Shown here: in pieces, positions 58,603 through 64,000 of the stretch
Layout of the letters: each line of letters starts with the position of its first letter
Position numbering within the stretch: position 1 is the stretch's first letter
NCBI RefSeq assembly: GCF_009914755.1
Contig: NC_060940.1
DNA from: the human T2T-CHM13v2.0 reference genome, Homo sapiens
Length of the DNA stretch: 64,000 bases
Direction: 5' to 3' (one strand)
The notes under the pieces: model-generated
The model's input: only the letters and a program-made list of their open reading frames with translations
Database searches by the model: none
Told to the model about the DNA's origin: nothing
Translations under genes and position numbers: made by a program

Positions 58603-59535
58603 TGTTTACGGGTTAAAATATGCAATCAGTTGAGACCTAGTAAGAAATATATATTTGGTCTCTGCCTCTGGTTTCTGGAACAGAGCTTCTAAAACTCGTG
58701 TAACTTCCTGAGTGATACTGATGATAGGAGCATCTTTTGTTATAATATTTGGTCTTCGTCCCTGGTTCCTTACACAAGAGCTTCTGAGATACTTGGAATC
58801 TCCAGAGTGATATGAGTGCCTTTTTGTATGCTAATGAGATTATCTTGGCTGGGATCCTGTAGATAGCTTCAAAATAGAGGCTGGTTGTCAGAAAAACCAA
58901 CTATGTGATTAGAGAGTTGGAATGGTTAGCCCCACCCCTGAACCTCTAGGGATGGGAGAGGGGCTGCAGCCTGAGTTCAGTCACCAGTGGTCAGTGATTT
59001 AACCAATCATGCCTATGTAATGGAACTTCTATGAAACCCCTGAACAATGGGGTTCAGAGAGCTTCTGGGTTGGTGAACATGTCCATATACAGGGGTGGAG
59101 GGTGGTGCACCCCAGCTTCACACAAATAGAAGCTCCTGTGCTGAGGACCTTTCCAGACCTAGCCCTACATACTTCTTCCTCTGGCTGTACATTCATATCC
59201 TTTATAAAAATAAGCCTGTATTATTAAGTAAAGTATTTTCCTCAGTTCTTTGAGCCATTCTAGCAAAGTACTGAACCTGAGGAGGGGATAGTGGGAACTC
59301 CTGACTGATAGCCAGTTTGTAAGAGTGGCCTAGAGCTGAAGATTGACATCTGAAGTAGGAAAGTCTTGTGGGACTGAGCCCTTAACCTGGGGGGTCTGCA
59401 CTGTCTCTGGATAGTTAGCATTATAATTGAATTAAATTGTAGGACAATCAGTTGGTATATAGAGAATTGGAGAACCACTTGGTGGTGAAGGAACCCACAC
59501 ATTTGGTGTCAGAAGTGTGAGTAGAGTTTTTTTTC
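58603..59535 (+). mobile_element. MER21B/C-like ERV LTR
   Basis: tttggtctctgcc...ggttcc..acacaagagcttc...gtatgctaatgag...tttggtgtcagaagtg. Confidence 0.8.
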
Positions 59536-60879
59536 AGTTGCATGTCTCTTGCTAGCATCTCAACATTTGCGCCATCCATCTCCTCTGCGTGCAATTCTCC
59601 ACTCACCCTCTACAACCTACTTGGTGTTCTGATCTTGGTTGGGAATCACATTCTTCTGGAAGCCTTCTCTCACTTATTAGGCCGGATCAGGTCTCTTTGT
59701 TTGTTATATGATCTCAGAGTGCCTCACATTCTTCTCTACCCACACTTTTCTTGGTTTATAACCATGTTTATGTGTGTGTGTTACAGCCCTGAAACTCTTT
59801 GTACTAGAAATTGTGGTTTCCTGAGAGTAATAGGTGATTTAGACAATACAAAGACAAAACTAGTTCACTGTAAATTTTATCCTTTGTGTGTAGTCAAACA
59901 CCGCCAGGGATTAGAGCATGGGGACATCTCAATCTCACCTTAAAGAAGAAAGTTTTGGTGCTCTCTCAGGTCTGTTCTAGATAAGAATAATCCCTTCCCC
60001 ATGATATTAAACAGAGGGATGCCTTCGACCTGTTTTATCCAGAGCCATCCCTTACCCATGACCCCTGTGGTGAGCAGCACCTCCAGGTGTTTCCCTGTCG
60101 TCTCAGGCTTTCTGGAGCTACACTCTGAATCTTGTCTTTGAGCATTGCAAGTTGGCTAATTGAGGTGTCTGAGTCCCTGTTAGGGTCATACAAATCTAAA
60201 GTTGGTCAGATAAGGGGGATTCACAGGGGCAGCCCAGAACCAGTAACTGCACTAATGGAAGGAATAAAATATTAAGAATTGTGCATAGTTTAGGCATCCA
60301 AAGCATCTTGTCTCAAGGTGACTTTCTAACAGTGGATATTGGTGGAAAAAGGGAAGCAAATGTCAGTGGAAATGGGGAAGTAGAAGTTGCTGGGTAGGAA
60401 GTAGAGATAAAGGGAAGGAAGAGCTCTCCTGGCATAAGAAACACCCTGAGTGAGGGGGACAGAGAGAGCTTGGGGCATTGGGGGAATGGAAAGGTGAAGC
60501 CTAGAGATGGAGTCCAGAGACAGCACCAGGTGAGGGTGAAGGAGAAGCCAAGGTCAGACCATGCAGGACCTCAAAAAGGAAATTAGTCTGTTTTCTAAAT
60601 GCCATTAGGCATTTTTCTTGTTGTTGCTGGGCAAAGGTATGAAAAGATCATGATTTCATTGTCTCTTTAAAGATCACTCTGGCTGCTGCATGGAGAATGG
60701 GTTGTAGGGGAGGCGAGGATGGATGTGGTGGAATTGTTATAATCTTGGCAAGAGATGATAATGGCTTGGACCCTGGTGGTAACAGTGGAAGTAGAAAGAG
60801 AGGGCAATTTAAAAGATAATTAAAGGGTAAGCTTGACAAAACTTGGGACTTATTTATCTCTATGTCCATGCTTAGGGGG

Positions 60880-61382
60880 GTATGGTAGGTTGAGTTATTG
60901 ATTTCAAATTTTTAATCCCTCCTCCCACCATCCATACTTTGCCATGATCTCATCAGGTCTGGAGTTTATACTTCATTCCTTGACCTCAGGCAGTGTCATG
61001 TGAGTTGTGGTAGGCAATTACATGAAAGAAGTGACATATGCCAGTTCCAACTCTAGGCCTTAAGGGGACTTACCTGTCTTTCTCACCCTATGCAGAGGCC
61101 CATGGCATATGTGGGGAACTGAGAGGTCTTTGGTCAACAGTCACTGGGGACCTGGGTCCCGCCAACAACCACATGATTCATTTTGGAAGCAGATCCTCCC
61201 CTACATGAGCCTTCAGATGATCACAGCCACATATGACAGCTTGATGGCAACCTCATGAGAGAGACAGAACTGAAACCACCCTGATTCCTGACCCACAGAA
61301 ATTGTGAGATAAAAAATGTTTGTTGTTTCATGCTGCTAAGTTTTGAGGATAACATGTTATGCAGCAATAGATAACTAATACA
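60880..61382 (+). mobile_element. MLT1F/H-like LTR
   Basis: gattcctgacccacagaaattgtgagataa...gcagcaatagataactaataca. Confidence 0.75.
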
Positions 61383-64000
61383 TCCACTCACTAACTTATG
61401 CTTACTTCTTATTGGCTAGACTCTGTCACATGGTGCATCCATTCACAAGGGAGGCTGGGAAATGTAGTTTAAACCAGACCAATCTGAATAAAGGGAGGGC
61501 TCTATTAGTGAGGATGAAGGGGGAAATGGGTTCTGCATTATGCCATTTCTGTCCTGCTTTAGTAGCACAAAGCTGCAAGGAGTTCACAATAGTTTGTGGA
61601 CGACATCTTCCTTTTCCTTTGGTTTTTCTTTACTAATTTCAGGTAGATAGACTGGAATTCAGCTCCCATGCAATGGGTGTGCTATTGCTTCAGTTGTAGG
61701 TTTTTGGATAAAATTTTGGGTTGAGGAAAGTAAAAGTTCTACCTGTGAATATCTTTCCTGTAAATAAGTCAGTTACAAAGATATCTGCATCATCAGTCAA
61801 CCATTTAATTTGTTAAGAGGACATTAATTTAAGACCCTTCCACAGGGCAATTGCATGCTATGCAAGGATATGGAAGGATTTACAGTTTCTTAATTTTTTG
61901 AAGTGGCAGATCTTCTTTCTTCCCTTTTCAAGAGGAGAGGACCAAAATGCCATCATAATATTTCATGTCATATACTTGAATATCTGCCACAGGAACATAT
62001 TACTTTTTTTCTAATTAAATGGGGAGTGCAGTCCTATTTTTTACATTCTCATAAAATGCATTAATCACACCAAAAGCCTTTTCGTGCTGTTTCCCAGCAG
62101 GAAGGAAATTAACAGTCATTGATGACCTACTGTGTGCCAGGTGCTTTCCATAGATTAACTACTTTATATGCTTGCAACATCCCAGTGATGGAGGTCATTA
62201 TTATTATCTCTAATTTATAGATTAGATTTTAGAAGTGACTTGCCTAGAGGAAAGTTGAGATTTGAATCCAGGACTTTCTGGTTTCAAAGTCTTTCCATGC
62301 TGATAAATTTTCACTCACCCCTGCCCCCAATTTAAGAAGGACCAATTGATCCTTAATGACCAACATTTAACTTTCTTCTGTTAGTTGGTTCCTTGACCCA
62401 GTTAAAAGGAAAGTTAATTCTGAAACTTTTAGGCACTTACATAGTGCCTAATTGTGTTTTAATATTTGATGTGCTTAGAAACGTATGAGGAATTAGTGCT
62501 AATTCTGAGATGATTAGCATATTCTGGCGTGTCTTATAGTATGTGAACTGTGGTCTTCAGGACATTCTTGAACTTTTGCTTCTAATTATCCCCACGTGGA
62601 TATGAACAATGCTGCTATTCAAGGAGCATGTCAGAGCTTCATTTTTAAAAAAGAATTAGCAGCAACTGGATCTGTTTTTTCTGAAGATATTGGCTGAATG
62701 ACTAGTTGGTGGTATTCTATTGCTTATTGAGTGGTGAACCTCTGCCCAGATTTAATTTGGATGGCAGGATCAACTTCAGTCAAAATTTTGTTTTCTAGTT
62801 TTTAAAAATTAAGTTTTTTTCGGATGGGGCAGGGCATTTTAGATTCACATCCAGTTGTAAGAGCTAATATAGAGAGATACTATATATCCTTTACCTTATT
62901 TAGTGGTACTAAGGACAATATCACAACTAGGATATCGACACTGATACAGTGAAGACACAGAAGTCACAAGGGTTCCTTCTGCTGTCCTTTTATAGCCATA
63001 CATAGTTAAGGTACTTTGATTGAGAGGAAGAAAGTCAACTTAAGAGAGCTTAAGCAAGAAAAAATATTAAAAGGAATTTCTTGGAAGGTTTAGTTAATAC
63101 CTGCTGTTATCTGATTGCCATCTCCTATTTCTTCTTTTCTTTCTCATCTCATCAAGTGACCCTGTTGAGGCTGTCAATTATAGCCTCTTTGGTGAGGCTG
63201 TCAATCGTAGACCTTGCTTCCGTTGCCATAGAGAGCCAGGTGATCCAAGCCCAGCCAATTACAGTAAACCAGTTCCCCACTAAACAGAGATTAGTGGTTG
63301 GGTGAGTGGGTGAGTGTATTTTCAATTCTGGCCTAAAAATTTTCCCTGGAAGTTTTTGATGTGGAGCTGGAGAACGGGCTTGCCTCTGAGGTCCTGGAGC
63401 TGGACCCATGGGGATTCATTTCTTGCAGCCTGCTTCTTACCTGGAAAAATCCTGTCTGTAGAAAAAGAGAATGAAGCCCACATCAAAGATAGGTAAACTG
63501 GAAAGGTGTCAGATAAAGCAAGTCATGGAGATGTGAACTTGTTTCTTCTTTGGACCCAGTTATGCCTGAGGTCACCTCCTTTTCTCTACTTATTGTTAAG
63601 TAAATTAGTAACTCCCAAATTTTACTTACATTGATTTGAGTACTGCCACTTTCCACCCAATGAATGCCATTGAATCCTGAAGGATCCCAGGAAATATCTT
63701 GGGCCCAACCACAGCAGGACCTCTCTAGGTTCTGACACTAGGGGCTCAAGGCATTAAGACCTACCAGGACTCTCTTTGATTCTGTGGGGAAGAAACTTGG
63801 GAGATGCTTAGCTGAGGGAGTCTGTCTCATCTCAACGGGGACTGCAGTTATCTGAAGGCCCAATTGAGGTTGGAGAACTCACTTTCAAGATGACTCATAG
63901 ACTTCAGATTGGTCCTGGATATTGGCAGGAGACCTCACTTTCTTGCCGCCTGCCCTAGTCATAGGGCTGCTTGAGTGCCCTCACAACATGGCAGATGGAA

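Overview
This is hominoid (human-like) genomic DNA from an intronic or intergenic region. The identification rests on Alu J/S/Y, L1, L2, MIR, MaLR LTRs, hAT/Tigger fossils and an SVA. I find no supportable protein-coding gene, RNA gene or CRISPR array, and the listed ORFs are repeat-derived or chance. The window is mostly nested transposable-element fossils. The largest is a TSD-bounded L1MA (17.7-24.0 kb, minus strand) that has lost most of ORF2 and carries a 5'-truncated old-subfamily SVA. The most unusual structure is a ~310-bp, ~90%-identical inverted duplication (53496-53820 / 55331-55639). It consists of mostly unique DNA plus one hAT end, and its right copy interrupts another hAT element, so it could support inversion toggling of a 1.5-kb segment. 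Several smaller locally templated rearrangements (15.7, 33.1 and 34.6 kb) and a 5'-inverted L1PB are also present. I cannot support a new biological system. Subfamily names come from recalled consensus sequences and need Dfam/RepeatMasker confirmation; boundaries of old elements are approximate.
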